Source: an uncultured delta proteobacterium
Lineage (GTDB): Bacteria > Myxococcota_A > UBA9160 > UBA4427
DNA: 64,000 nt
NCBI GenBank assembly: GCA_963822965.1
Contig: CAWGJT010000005.1
Coordinates: forward strand, 1,952,001-2,016,000
Direction of reading: 5' to 3'
Shown in pieces: positions 37,933 to 47,506 of the stretch (position 1 is its first letter; each line of letters begins with the position of its first letter). The position numbers and the translations under genes were made by a program. The notes under the pieces were generated by a model. The model did not search any database. It saw only the letters and a list, made by a program, of their open reading frames with translations, and was not told where the DNA came from.

Positions 37933-38712
37933 ATGACCGAATCGAGTTCAGCGCCGGCCCCGCGCAACCTCGCCGCCTGGCTCTGTCCGCTCGTCGCCAT
38001 CCCGGGGTTCCTCTCCTACTGGCTCTTCTTCGTTCAGTGGCCCCTCTTCCGCGACTTTCCGTGGCTGAACCTGCTCTTCCTGTCGGTCGCCATCGGCCTG
38101 GGGGGCGTGGCGGTCTACCGCGCACGAACCCGCTGGAGCCGGGTCGGAAGCGTCGCCGGGCTGGCGCTCTCGCTGCTCCTCACCGGACTCCTCTCCTACT
38201 ACTGCTTCGTCTTCTCCTACCAGGTTCCCGATGCGGGCCGCGCGGCCGGCACGGGCACGCCGCTTCCCGCCATGACCCTCGCTTCCTGGGACGGCCGCCC
38301 CGTCGATCTCGCCGAGGCGGGCCGGGGCAAGCTCATCCTCGTCTTCTATCGGGGCTACTGGTGACCCTTCTGTATGTCGGAGCTGCACGGGCTGCAGACA
38401 CGGATCACTGATTTCGAGAAGGCCGGCGCCACCGTCATCGCGGTGAGCCCCGACTCCGTCGACGAGAATCGCGGGGTGGCCGAACGATTCGACCTGTCGT
38501 TCCCGATCCTGTCCGACGCCGACCTCGTGCTGACGAAGTCCCTGGGACTGCTGCACGAGGGCGCGTCCATCGACGGCGGCGACGTGCCGCGCCCGGCCAC
38601 CCTGATCATCCAGGATGGTCGCATCGTGTGGCGCGATCTCACCGACAACTGGCGCATCCGGCCCAAGCCCGGCGACGTGCTCGCAGCCTTCCGCGACGTG
38701 ACCGGCTCCTGA
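37933..38712 (+). CDS. membrane-anchored peroxiredoxin-like (AhpC/TSA) selenoprotein, UGA at 38362-38364 read as Sec
   Basis: Two in-frame ORFs join across TGA as LILVFYRGYW-U-PFCMSEL, then VIAVSPD, FPILSDAD, PRPATLII, WRIRP. About three N-terminal TM helices. Confidence 0.85.
38375..38400 (+). promoter_or_regulatory. bacterial SECIS-like hairpin
   Basis: CUGCA-CGGGC-UGCAG stem-loop with a lower UGU/ACA extension. The loop starts 23 nt after the UGA and has G at its second position. Confidence 0.6.
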
Positions 38713-38748
38713 AAAGAAGAGCCCCGCCGGCCAACGCCGACGGGGCTC
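38712..38748 (-). terminator. intrinsic terminator downstream of glnA
   Basis: GAGCCCCGTCGGC-GTTG-GCCGGCGGGGCTC hairpin followed by TTCTTTT on the minus strand. Confidence 0.8.
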
Positions 38749-38771
38749 CGAATTCTCCGCTCTCAGCTCCC

Positions 38772-38952
38772 GGCGAACCCCTCGGATTCGCCCGCTGAGC
38801 CCGGGGGATGCAACCCCCTCTCAGCTGGGTGTCCGTGAAGCCGAGGCAGTCGGCGAACCCTTCGGTTCGCCTAGCTGACGAATCCCCGACTGCGATCAGC
38901 TCAACGGCCCGTAGAGCCGAGGCAGTCGGCGAATCCGAAGGATTCGCCTAGC
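38772..38952. repeat. three REP-like hairpins GGCGAAYCC..GG(A)TTCGCC, two of them within 37-38-bp direct repeats
   Basis: Hairpins at 38772-38792, 38852-38871 and 38928-38948. AGCCGAGGCAGTCGGCGAA...TTCGCCTAGC occurs at 38839 and 38915. Confidence 0.8.
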
Positions 38953-40363
38953 AGTCGTAGTACAGCTCGAACTCGTGCGGGTGCGGCCGCAGCCGGATCG
39001 GGTCGACCTCGTTCTCGCGCTTGTAGTCGATCCAGCTCTCGATCGCGTCGCGGGTGAACACGTCTCCCTTGAGCAGGAAGTCGTGGTCGTGCTCCAGCTC
39101 GCGCAGCGCCTCGTCCAGGCTGCCCGGCATCACCGGGATGCCCTTCGCCTCTTCCGGGCTCAGGCTGTAGATGTTCTTGTCGAGCGGTCCTCCCGGATCG
39201 ATCTTGTTCTCGATGCCGTCGATGCCCGCCATCAGCATCGCCGAGAACGCCAGGTACGCGTTGCAGGACGGGTCCGGGAAGCGCACCTCCACCCGCTTCG
39301 CCTTCGGGCTCTGCGAGTAGGTCGGGATGCGGCAGGCCGCCGAGCGGTTCCGGCTCGAGTAGGCCAGGTTGACCGGAGCCTCATAGCCCGGCACGAGCCG
39401 CTTGTACGAGTTCGTGCCCGGGTTCGTGAATGCCGCCAGCGCCCGCGCGTGCTTGATGATGCCGCCGATGTAGTAGAGGGCCATCTTCGAGAGGCCCGCG
39501 TACTCGTCGCCCGCGAAGAGCGGCTTGCCGTCCTTCCAGATCGACTGGTGGGTGTGCATCCCCGAGCCGTTGTCCTGGAAGAGGGGCTTCGGCATGAAGG
39601 TCGCGGTCATGCCGTGCCGGCGCGCCACGTTCTTCACGACGTACTTGTACTTCATCAGCTTGTCGGCCATGGAGCCCAGCTTGTCGAACACCATGTCGAT
39701 CTCGGCCTGGCCGGCGGTCGCCACCTCGTGATGCTGCGTCTCGATCTCGATGCCGAGCGTCGCCATCTCGAGGCACATCTCGGTCCGCAGGTCCTGCTGG
39801 GTGTCCGTCGGCGGCGCCGGGAAGTAGCCCTGCTTGTGGCGCGTCTTGTACGCGAGGTTGGCTCCGCCTTCCTCGGCACCCGAGTTCCAGACGCCCTCGT
39901 TCGAGTCGATCTGGTAGAAGCCCTCGTTGGCGCTGGTGCTGAAGGCCGCGTGGTTGAAGATGAAGAACTCGGCCTCGGGGCCGATGTAGCAGGTGTCCCC
40001 GATGCCCGATTCCTTCATGTAGTTCTCGGCCTTGCGCGCGATGTAGCGCGGGTCGCGAGAGTACGGCTGGCGCGTCGTCGGATCGACCACGTCGCAGATC
40101 AGCACCAGGGTCGGGTGGGCCATGAAGGGATCGATGAACGCCGTCGTGGGATCGGGGATCATGAGCATGTCGCTCTCGTTGATCGCCTGCCAGCCGCGGA
40201 TCGACGAGCCGTCGAAGCCGTAACCGTCCTCGAAGGTCGACTCGTCGAGCATGTTGATCGGGTGCGAGCAGTGCTGCCAGCTGCCGGGCCAGTCCGTGAT
40301 GCGGCAGTCCACCATCACCACGTTGTTCTTCTTCGCAAACTCGAGTACCTGCTTCCCGTTCAT
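38948..40363 (-). CDS. glnA: type I glutamine synthetase
   Basis: [54 protein letters not shown] adenylylation site. Confidence 0.97.
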   Translation of the reverse strand: MNGKQVLEFAKKNNVVMVDCRITDWPGSWQHCSHPINMLDESTFEDGYGFDGSSIRGWQAINESDMLMIPDPTTAFIDPFMAHPTLVLICDVVDPTTRQPYSRDPRYIARKAENYMKESGIGDTCYIGPEAEFFIFNHAAFSTSANEGFYQIDSNEGVWNSGAEEGGANLAYKTRHKQGYFPAPPTDTQQDLRTEMCLEMATLGIEIETQHHEVATAGQAEIDMVFDKLGSMADKLMKYKYVVKNVARRHGMTATFMPKPLFQDNGSGMHTHQSIWKDGKPLFAGDEYAGLSKMALYYIGGIIKHARALAAFTNPGTNSYKRLVPGYEAPVNLAYSSRNRSAACRIPTYSQSPKAKRVEVRFPDPSCNAYLAFSAMLMAGIDGIENKIDPGGPLDKNIYSLSPEEAKGIPVMPGSLDEALRELEHDHDFLLKGDVFTRDAIESWIDYKRENEVDPIRLRPHPHEFELYYDC

Positions 40364-40505
40364 CTTCCGTTCCTTCCTTCCTGATGTTGAGAGAGCTTTG
40401 CTGCGGCGAGTCCGCCTCGCGCCGGGGGGCGCGGACTCCGTCGAAGCTGCCTCGATGAATTCAACCTGGTCTGCGCTCTTTTCGGTCTGCGCTCGTTCGT
40501 CGGTT

Positions 40506-41533
<1,028 letters not shown>

Positions 41534-41557
41534 CGCATCCGGGCGACACCCGCGGAA

Positions 41558-42244
41558 TCAGCGGCTCCAGAGCGCGTTCTCGTCGAGGAAGGCCAGGGTT
41601 CGCGGGCACGCGTGCGCGTCGCCGGCCTGGAGGGCCTGCGCGAGCCACTGGAGGTCGGCGGCCGTGTCGACGTCGAAGCCCGGCGCGAGCAGGTGGACCC
41701 GCATGCCCAGGTCGCGCGCCCGGGCCAGGGTGTCCTGCAGCACCGAGCCGGTGCTCATCTCGTGATCGAAGAGGCCGGGCCAGGGCCGCTTCAGTCCCAC
41801 GAGCCCGTAGCCCCCGTCGCGATCGGGCAGCAGCACCAGGTCGTGATCCTCGAGCCGATCGAGCGCCTCGGCCACCGCCTCCCCCGAGAGACACGGGCTA
41901 TCGCTTCCCCGCAGCAGGATCCGGCGGGCACCCCCGGCGGCGGCCTCGCGCACCGCGAAGCCCATGCGCTCCGACAGGTTGCCCCCGTGCTGGGCGACGA
42001 CGCGCATCTCGCAGGGAGCCCGCTGCGCCATCTCGACCAGCGCTTCCGGGGGATGCACGGCGACCACCGGCTCCAGGGCGAGGTCGCGGGACACGTCGGC
42101 GGTGGCCACCAGCACGTCCTGGAGCAGGCAGCTGTAGAAGTCCGAGGCCTGCTCGGGGGAGAACGGCGGCGTGAGGCGAGTCTTCACGAAGCCCGGACGC
42201 GGCGCCTTCGCGAACACCACGATGACACCCCGCGTCGCCCTCAC
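41558..42244 (-). CDS. DUF2064/TIGR04282-type nucleotide-diphospho-sugar transferase-fold protein
   Basis: VFAKAPRPGFVKTRL, Q.GGNLSERM, GSDSP, DGGYGLVG, DVDTAADL. Confidence 0.8.
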   Translation of the reverse strand: MRATRGVIVVFAKAPRPGFVKTRLTPPFSPEQASDFYSCLLQDVLVATADVSRDLALEPVVAVHPPEALVEMAQRAPCEMRVVAQHGGNLSERMGFAVREAAAGGARRILLRGSDSPCLSGEAVAEALDRLEDHDLVLLPDRDGGYGLVGLKRPWPGLFDHEMSTGSVLQDTLARARDLGMRVHLLAPGFDVDTAADLQWLAQALQAGDAHACPRTLAFLDENALWSR

Positions 42245-42257
42245 ACCCCGGCCGACC

Positions 42258-43313
42258 TCATCGAGCGTCCGCCCCGACGCCCCGGTCGACGCCCATCTCG
42301 AAGAACGGCGGCTCGCACACCGTGGCGGCGAGCGGTCCCGCCGGGTCGTCGCAGCGAAGGCTCGTCCCCGCCTCGGCGTGCTCCCGCCGCACGAAGCCCA
42401 GCCCGATCACGCCGGCCCGGGGCGACCGGCAGGCGCTGGTCACCTCGCCCGTCGGGCGATCGCCCGCCGCCAGCGGAGCGTCGGGCGCCGGCACGCGCTC
42501 GTCCTCGAACCGCAGGCCCACGAGCAGATGGTTCACGGCACCCCGGGAGTACAGGCGCGCGACGATCTCCTGGCCGGTGTAGCAGCCCTTGCGGCGGGAG
42601 ATCGCCCGGTCGAGGCGCGCCTCGTCGGGGAAGATCTCCTCGTTGAGCTCCGGGCCCAGACGCGGAATGCCGGCCTCGATCCGCAGCACCTCGAGGGCGT
42701 CTCCCGAAGCCGGGACGAGGGCGTCTCCGCCCGCGTCGGCCAGGGCCGCGCCGACCGCGTCTCCGGCTTCCACCGGTACGAAGAGCTGGAAGCCCGACTC
42801 CCCCGACCAGCCGAAGCGCGCCGCGACCACGTCGGTGCCGGCGATCTGCGTCGTCAGCCAGCTCTCGGGCGCGAGCGCCGTCAGCGCCGGTGCGCTCGCG
42901 CTGCCCGCCGCCGCCAGCACCGCCGCGGCCCCGGGTCCCTCCAGGCCCAGCCGGAGGATCTCGTCGGTTTCGACCGCGAGCTTCACGTCGTCGGCCACGA
43001 TGTAGCGCTCGAGGCGAGCCACCACGTCAGCCACCGCGCTGGCGGCGGTCTCCAGCCAGAAGCCATCCTCCCGGGCCAGCACGTGCAGATCGGCGACGAT
43101 TCGACCCTTCGGCGTGAGCAGTGCCGCATAGCATCCGCTCTCCGGCGTGCCGGGGGCGATGCGCGTGACGTCGTTGGTCAGCATGCCGTCGAGCCAGCGG
43201 CGGGCGTCGCGACCGGTGACCGCGACCAGCCCGCGCCTCCCGAGCTCCTCGGCGAACCCGAAGAGTCCGGCCGACTCGCGCACGCGGAGCACCTGTCGTT
43301 CGACGTCGTTCAC
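42258..43313 (-). CDS. ygfZ: YgfZ/GcvT-like folate-binding protein
   Basis: VTGRDARRWLDGMLTND, LTPKGR, LRIEAG.P, KGCYTGQE. Confidence 0.88.
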   Translation of the reverse strand: MNDVERQVLRVRESAGLFGFAEELGRRGLVAVTGRDARRWLDGMLTNDVTRIAPGTPESGCYAALLTPKGRIVADLHVLAREDGFWLETAASAVADVVARLERYIVADDVKLAVETDEILRLGLEGPGAAAVLAAAGSASAPALTALAPESWLTTQIAGTDVVAARFGWSGESGFQLFVPVEAGDAVGAALADAGGDALVPASGDALEVLRIEAGIPRLGPELNEEIFPDEARLDRAISRRKGCYTGQEIVARLYSRGAVNHLLVGLRFEDERVPAPDAPLAAGDRPTGEVTSACRSPRAGVIGLGFVRREHAEAGTSLRCDDPAGPLAATVCEPPFFEMGVDRGVGADAR

Positions 43314-44326
43314 GCCCGACCCTCCCGGCGCGGCGCCTCGAGGGCGGCACCCGCCAAGGCCCGGGCGCGCTCCTGCTGCGCCTTCGTCCATTCGTCGAAG
43401 CGCGCCTTCACGGCGTCGTACTCCTCCTCGGTGTCCACGTCGATCGCGCAGCCGCCCACGTCGGTGACCACGAAGCGGAATCGCGTCTGCAGCAGCCGGC
43501 TCACGGCCTCCTCGGTGCGGGCGAGGGTGTTGGCGGTGCGGAGCCAGTCGGCGAGTCGCCGCCATCCCCAGCGATCGACCAGGCCGCTCAGGTGGATGAG
43601 CGAGTACCAGAAGACGATGCGCGCGCCGCCGCCCCGGTGGATCAGCAGCCGGAACCCCAGGGAGATCATGTTCCAGAACTCGCGCTGGTGGCGGTGCTCG
43701 TACATCTCCTCGATGAGCTCGCGGGCTCCCATGCGGCCGGGCTTCGCCCAGTGCAGGTTGCTCTGGCGCAGGCGCCCCTCCCGCATGTTGAAGTAGGCGA
43801 CCTCGATGCCGGGTCCCCCGGCCCGCGCCGGAAGGAACTGCTGCAGCGATTCCCGGGGCACGAGACCCAGCGCGTAGTCGCAGTCGCAAGCCCGGGAGCG
43901 CTCGATGAAGCTCGAGATCTCCAGGGCGGTGGCGAACGGCAGGTCGGCGGAGAGGTAGAGCACCTCGAAGTCCAGGTCCGCCTCTCCCTCGGGATCCCGG
44001 CCCTCCGGCGGCGCGCCCGGAAGCGCCCGGCGGTAGCTCTCCCAGCAGTTCTCGAACAGGTTGCGGAACTGCTCGATCACGTGGAGCGGCTTGGTGAGAG
44101 AGGCCTGCACCTCGTCCCGGGCGAGCGCGGTCTCGAGCCGCTCGGCGTCGCCCACCACCCAGACCTCGCTCACCTGCGGAACCCGCTGGAGCACCTCCAC
44201 GACCCGGGCCACGAGCGGCAGACCCTCGACCTCGAGGAAGACCTTGCTCTCCCCGTACACCGCCTTGGCGGCGCGGCGATCCCCCGCCGTGACGATCGCG
44301 GGCAGTCCCACACCGGCTACCGCCAC
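43310..44326 (-). CDS. MobA-like nucleotidyltransferase-fold protein
   Basis: AIVTAG...ESKVFLEVEG.PLV..V, SADLPF, IDVDTEEEY. Confidence 0.75.
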   Translation of the reverse strand: MAVAGVGLPAIVTAGDRRAAKAVYGESKVFLEVEGLPLVARVVEVLQRVPQVSEVWVVGDAERLETALARDEVQASLTKPLHVIEQFRNLFENCWESYRRALPGAPPEGRDPEGEADLDFEVLYLSADLPFATALEISSFIERSRACDCDYALGLVPRESLQQFLPARAGGPGIEVAYFNMREGRLRQSNLHWAKPGRMGARELIEEMYEHRHQREFWNMISLGFRLLIHRGGGARIVFWYSLIHLSGLVDRWGWRRLADWLRTANTLARTEEAVSRLLQTRFRFVVTDVGGCAIDVDTEEEYDAVKARFDEWTKAQQERARALAGAALEAPRREGRA

Positions 44327-44597
44327 GCCGCCCTCGTCCGGGGGGCATGCGCCGGGGCGTTCGTCGGGAGGCAGATGGACGGCGCCGCCAACACGGGATT
44401 CCCTCTCTGCCGGCTCGATCGAGCTTCTCGCTGGGTCTCGCATCCGTCTCGCCGACCGTCGGGCCCGGAGCCTGCCGGCAGCGACCCCCGGGATCGGGTC
44501 GGAGGAGCGGACCGCGGAGCCTAGCGCGCCGGCGTCCGGCCGGGGCGCACCGCCACGCTGCGGAGACCGGACCCGTGCCGGCTGGTAGCTTGCCCGC

Positions 44598-45359
44598 ATG
44601 ATCCGCCCGGGCGGCGTTCTGTGGCTGTCGGATTGGCTGGCCTTTGCGAGCCTCATTCCGGCCTGCGTCGCGGTCGGCCTGCTGCTGGCTGCCTGCGGCG
44701 CGCTGGGCCTCGCGCCGGACTGGACCGGCGCCGGGCTCGCCGCCGCCGGGACGCTCGTGGTCTACAACGTCGACCGCCTGCGCGACACCCGGGCGGACCG
44801 GGTGAACGCGCCGCTGCGAACCGCCTTCGTCGAAGGACACCGCGGCACGCTCCGCGTCCTGACCGCGGTGTCGGGGGTCGCCGCCCTGGGACTGGCCCTG
44901 GCCGAGCCGCGCGAGGTGCAGCTGCTATGCGCCGGCGTGCTGGGGCTGGGCCTGCTCCACCGGCGTCTGAAGCGGCACTCGAGCTGGAAGCCGGTCTACG
45001 TGGGGGGCGCCTGGGTGGCGGTGACGGCGGGCATTCCGGCCCTGGCGGCAGGCGATCCCGCGGCGGTCCCCTGGCTGCTGGCGGTGTACGCCGGGGCGGT
45101 CGCGGGCAACGTCGTCGCGACGACCCTGCGCGACGACCGCCAGCCGCGCCGCCTGTGGCTCGCGCGAGGCCTCGCGCTCGCAGGCATGGGCGTCGCCCTG
45201 GCGGGACCCGGCGGCTGCCCCTCGCTGGCCGCCATCCCGGGCTGCGAGCTGCTGGCCCTCGCGGCCTTCCAGCCCGGAGAACGCTACGGCCTCGTCGTCC
45301 TCGACGGCGCACTGCTCGTGGGAGCCGCCCTCGCCCTGGCCGTCCAGTCCCTGCAGTAG
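44598..45359 (+). CDS. polytopic membrane protein, UbiA prenyltransferase-like
   Basis: Multiple TM helices; YNVDRLRD...D..N motif, RLK...WKP.YV. Confidence 0.6.
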   Translation: MIRPGGVLWLSDWLAFASLIPACVAVGLLLAACGALGLAPDWTGAGLAAAGTLVVYNVDRLRDTRADRVNAPLRTAFVEGHRGTLRVLTAVSGVAALGLALAEPREVQLLCAGVLGLGLLHRRLKRHSSWKPVYVGGAWVAVTAGIPALAAGDPAAVPWLLAVYAGAVAGNVVATTLRDDRQPRRLWLARGLALAGMGVALAGPGGCPSLAAIPGCELLALAAFQPGERYGLVVLDGALLVGAALALAVQSLQ

Positions 45360-45387
45360 AGCGCCCACCGCCCCGCCACGAGAGAAC

Positions 45388-45601
45388 GCGCCTGCGGCCC
45401 AGGGATTCCGCCACGCGGAATCCCGAAAGGCGCCCGCGGCCCAGGGGTTCCGCCACGCGGAATCCCGAAAGGAAGCACCCGCGGCCCAGGGATTCCGCCA
45501 CGCGGAATCCCGAAAGGAAGCGCCCGCGGCCCAGGGGTTCCGCCACGCGGAATCCCGAAAGGAAGCGCCCGCGGCCAAGCGATTCCGCCGTGCGGAATCG
45601 C
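45388..45601. repeat. five tandem hairpin-containing repeats (about 45-bp period) downstream of tRNA-Ala
   Basis: Unit GCGCCCGCGGCCCAGGGRTTCCGCCACGCGGAATCCCGAAAGGAA; each has a 10-bp inverted repeat with a 3-nt loop. Confidence 0.92.
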
Positions 45602-45607
45602 GGCAAA

Positions 45608-45683
45608 TGGTGGAGCCGAGCGGGATCGAACCGCCGACCTACGCGTTGCGAACGCGTCGCTCTCCCAGCTGAGCTACGGCCCC
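45608..45683 (-). tRNA. tRNA-Ala (anticodon CGC)
   Basis: GGGGCCGTAGCTCAGCTGGGAGAGCG-ACGCG-TTCGCAA-CGCGT-AGGTCGGCGGTTCGATCCCGCTCGGCTCCACCA; 76 nt, G3:U70 pair, encoded CCA. Confidence 0.97.
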
Positions 45684-45856
45684 ACACGAACCGGGAACGA
45701 AACGGGCTGCGAGCTTAGCGGCCCCGAACGGGACGGGCACCTGGGCGCTCTCCGCCGACCCCCCGGGCAGCCGGCGTCGATCCGCGGCACCCTCCCGGGC
45801 CGGGATGGGCCGTCGCGCCGGCCCGGCCGCATCCACGGATCCCGACGGAGGTGCCC

Positions 45857-46312
45857 ATGACCATCGATGTCCGCAAGATCCTGTGCCCCATCGACTTCTC
45901 CCAGCACGCCGACCTGGTGGTCGAGTGGGCCGCCCACCTGGCCGAGGAGCACGGGAGCGAGGTGCTGCTGCTGCACGCCTACCACCTGCCGGTGGAGTTC
46001 CAGCAGCTCGAGGGCGCCTACCTGCCCGCCGACTTCTGGGACTCGGTGAAGGAGGAGGCGCAGCGCTGCCTGGCCGCCTACGCCGCGAAGCTTCGCGCGC
46101 GGGGCATCACGGTCAGCGAGATCGTCCGCGAGGGCTATCCCGCCACCGTCATCGAGGAGGAGGCCGAGGAGGCGGGCGCCGACATGATCGTGATGGGCTG
46201 CCGCGGCCTGTCGGGCTTCAAGCACCTGCTGCTCGGCAGCATCGCCGAGCGCGTCGTCCAGCGGTCCCACTGCCCGGTGCTCACCGTCAACAAGCCCGAC
46301 GAGCCCGAGTGA
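45857..46312 (+). CDS. universal stress protein (UspA family)
   Basis: KILCPIDFS, DMIVMGCRGLSGFKHLLLGSIAERVV..CPVLTV. Confidence 0.93.
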   Translation: MTIDVRKILCPIDFSQHADLVVEWAAHLAEEHGSEVLLLHAYHLPVEFQQLEGAYLPADFWDSVKEEAQRCLAAYAAKLRARGITVSEIVREGYPATVIEEEAEEAGADMIVMGCRGLSGFKHLLLGSIAERVVQRSHCPVLTVNKPDEPE

Positions 46313-46327
46313 GTCTCGCGCCGCGCG

Positions 46328-47359
46328 TCAGGCGATGCCGAGCGCGCGGTCCTGCTCCTCGGACGAGAGATGCTCGAACTGCAGGATGCGCATCTCCTCG
46401 AAGGCGGTTCGCACGTACGGCGTGAGCAGGCCCAGGCGCTTCAGGTTGGGCACGACCCGCGAGAAGAGCTGCTGCCGGAAGAGCTGCAGGATCGGCGATT
46501 GCAGCAGGGTCTCCCGCACCTCGGCCGCCGGGAAGCCCGCATGCTCCGCCACCTCCTCGCCGATCAGGCGGTCGCGCATGAGCCGGCACGCGTCGATCAC
46601 GAAGTCCTCGCGGTCGCGCAGCTCCCGGGCGGGCATCTCGGCGTAGAAGCCGTCGAGCGAGAGCACGCCGAAGGCCACGTGGCGCGACTCGTCGCGCATC
46701 ACGTTGTGGACGAGGTCCTTGACGAGGGGCTCGGCGGTCAGCTGGTAGAGATTCGCGAAGGCCGCCATCGCGAGGCCCTCCACGAGGATCTGCATGCCCA
46801 GGTACTTGAAGTCCCAGGCACCGTTCAGGAGGATGGCGTCGAGGAGCGACTTCAGGTGGCTGTTGATCGGCCACTCCCACTCCAGCTTCTCGCGCAGGTA
46901 GCGGCTGAACACCTCCACGTGTCGCGCCTCGTCCATGACCTGGCTCGACGCGTAGAGCTTGGCGTCCATCCACGGAACGGCCGAGACGAGCTGCGAGGCG
47001 ACGATCATGGCGCCCTGCTCGCCGTGCATGAACTGCGAGAGCTGCCAGCTGATCTGCGCGTGGTTGAACTCGCGCTTCTCCTTCTCGGAGAGTCGCTGGT
47101 AGGGCGCGTAGGCGTCGAGCGGGTTGAAGGCCGCCGGGATGATCTCGGACTCGGGATCGACCTGGATCGTCCAGTCGAGACCGTCGCCGTTCCACTGCTC
47201 GCGCTTCGCCTTCGCGTAGAGGTCGCGAAGCCCGTCCTCGAGCGAGCCGTAGCGCCACACGTAGCAGCTGTCGAAGGAGGTGAGGACGCGCTCCAGCTCT
47301 GTGTCGACAGGGCGGGGCGCGGCTTCGGCGCGGAGCGGGGCTTCGGAACCGGCGGACAT
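46328..47359 (-). CDS. ferritin-like diiron oxygenase (AurF-like)
   Basis: SQFMHGEQGA, DEARHVE, QILVEGLA, DESRHVAFG diiron motifs. Confidence 0.82.
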   Translation of the reverse strand: MSAGSEAPLRAEAAPRPVDTELERVLTSFDSCYVWRYGSLEDGLRDLYAKAKREQWNGDGLDWTIQVDPESEIIPAAFNPLDAYAPYQRLSEKEKREFNHAQISWQLSQFMHGEQGAMIVASQLVSAVPWMDAKLYASSQVMDEARHVEVFSRYLREKLEWEWPINSHLKSLLDAILLNGAWDFKYLGMQILVEGLAMAAFANLYQLTAEPLVKDLVHNVMRDESRHVAFGVLSLDGFYAEMPARELRDREDFVIDACRLMRDRLIGEEVAEHAGFPAAEVRETLLQSPILQLFRQQLFSRVVPNLKRLGLLTPYVRTAFEEMRILQFEHLSSEEQDRALGIA

Positions 47360-47443
47360 GGGGAGCGACTCCTCGAGCGGCAGCGGGCGTGGGCGACGGA
47401 TGGCAGCTCCGGCAGGCCGAAGAGCCCGGGTGTGGCAGAAAGG

Positions 47444-47459
47444 CACCAACAATTTGGTG
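47444..47459. promoter_or_regulatory. possible operator upstream of the diiron oxygenase gene
   Basis: Inverted repeat CACCAA-CAAT-TTGGTG in an AT-rich intergenic patch. Confidence 0.35.
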
Positions 47460-47506
47460 GGTTATCGACCGGGATCCCGCCAACCTGAGGCGATTCGGCG
47501 CCCCGA

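Noticed and set aside
38772..38952. Mini CRISPR array
   Set aside because: Only two full repeats, with differing loops; one overlaps the glnA stop. No leader or cas genes.
40408..40438. Hairpin between glnB and glnA as a riboswitch or terminator
   Set aside because: A GC stem (GAGTCCGC...GCGGACTC) is present but has no U tract on the sense strand and no recognisable aptamer. It is probably just an mRNA stability element.
45388..45601. CRISPR array
   Set aside because: The sequences between the palindromes are near-identical rather than unique spacers, and there are no cas genes in the window.
45360..45683. Integrative element at tRNA-Ala
   Set aside because: No integrase, and no duplicated tRNA 3' end was seen elsewhere in the window.
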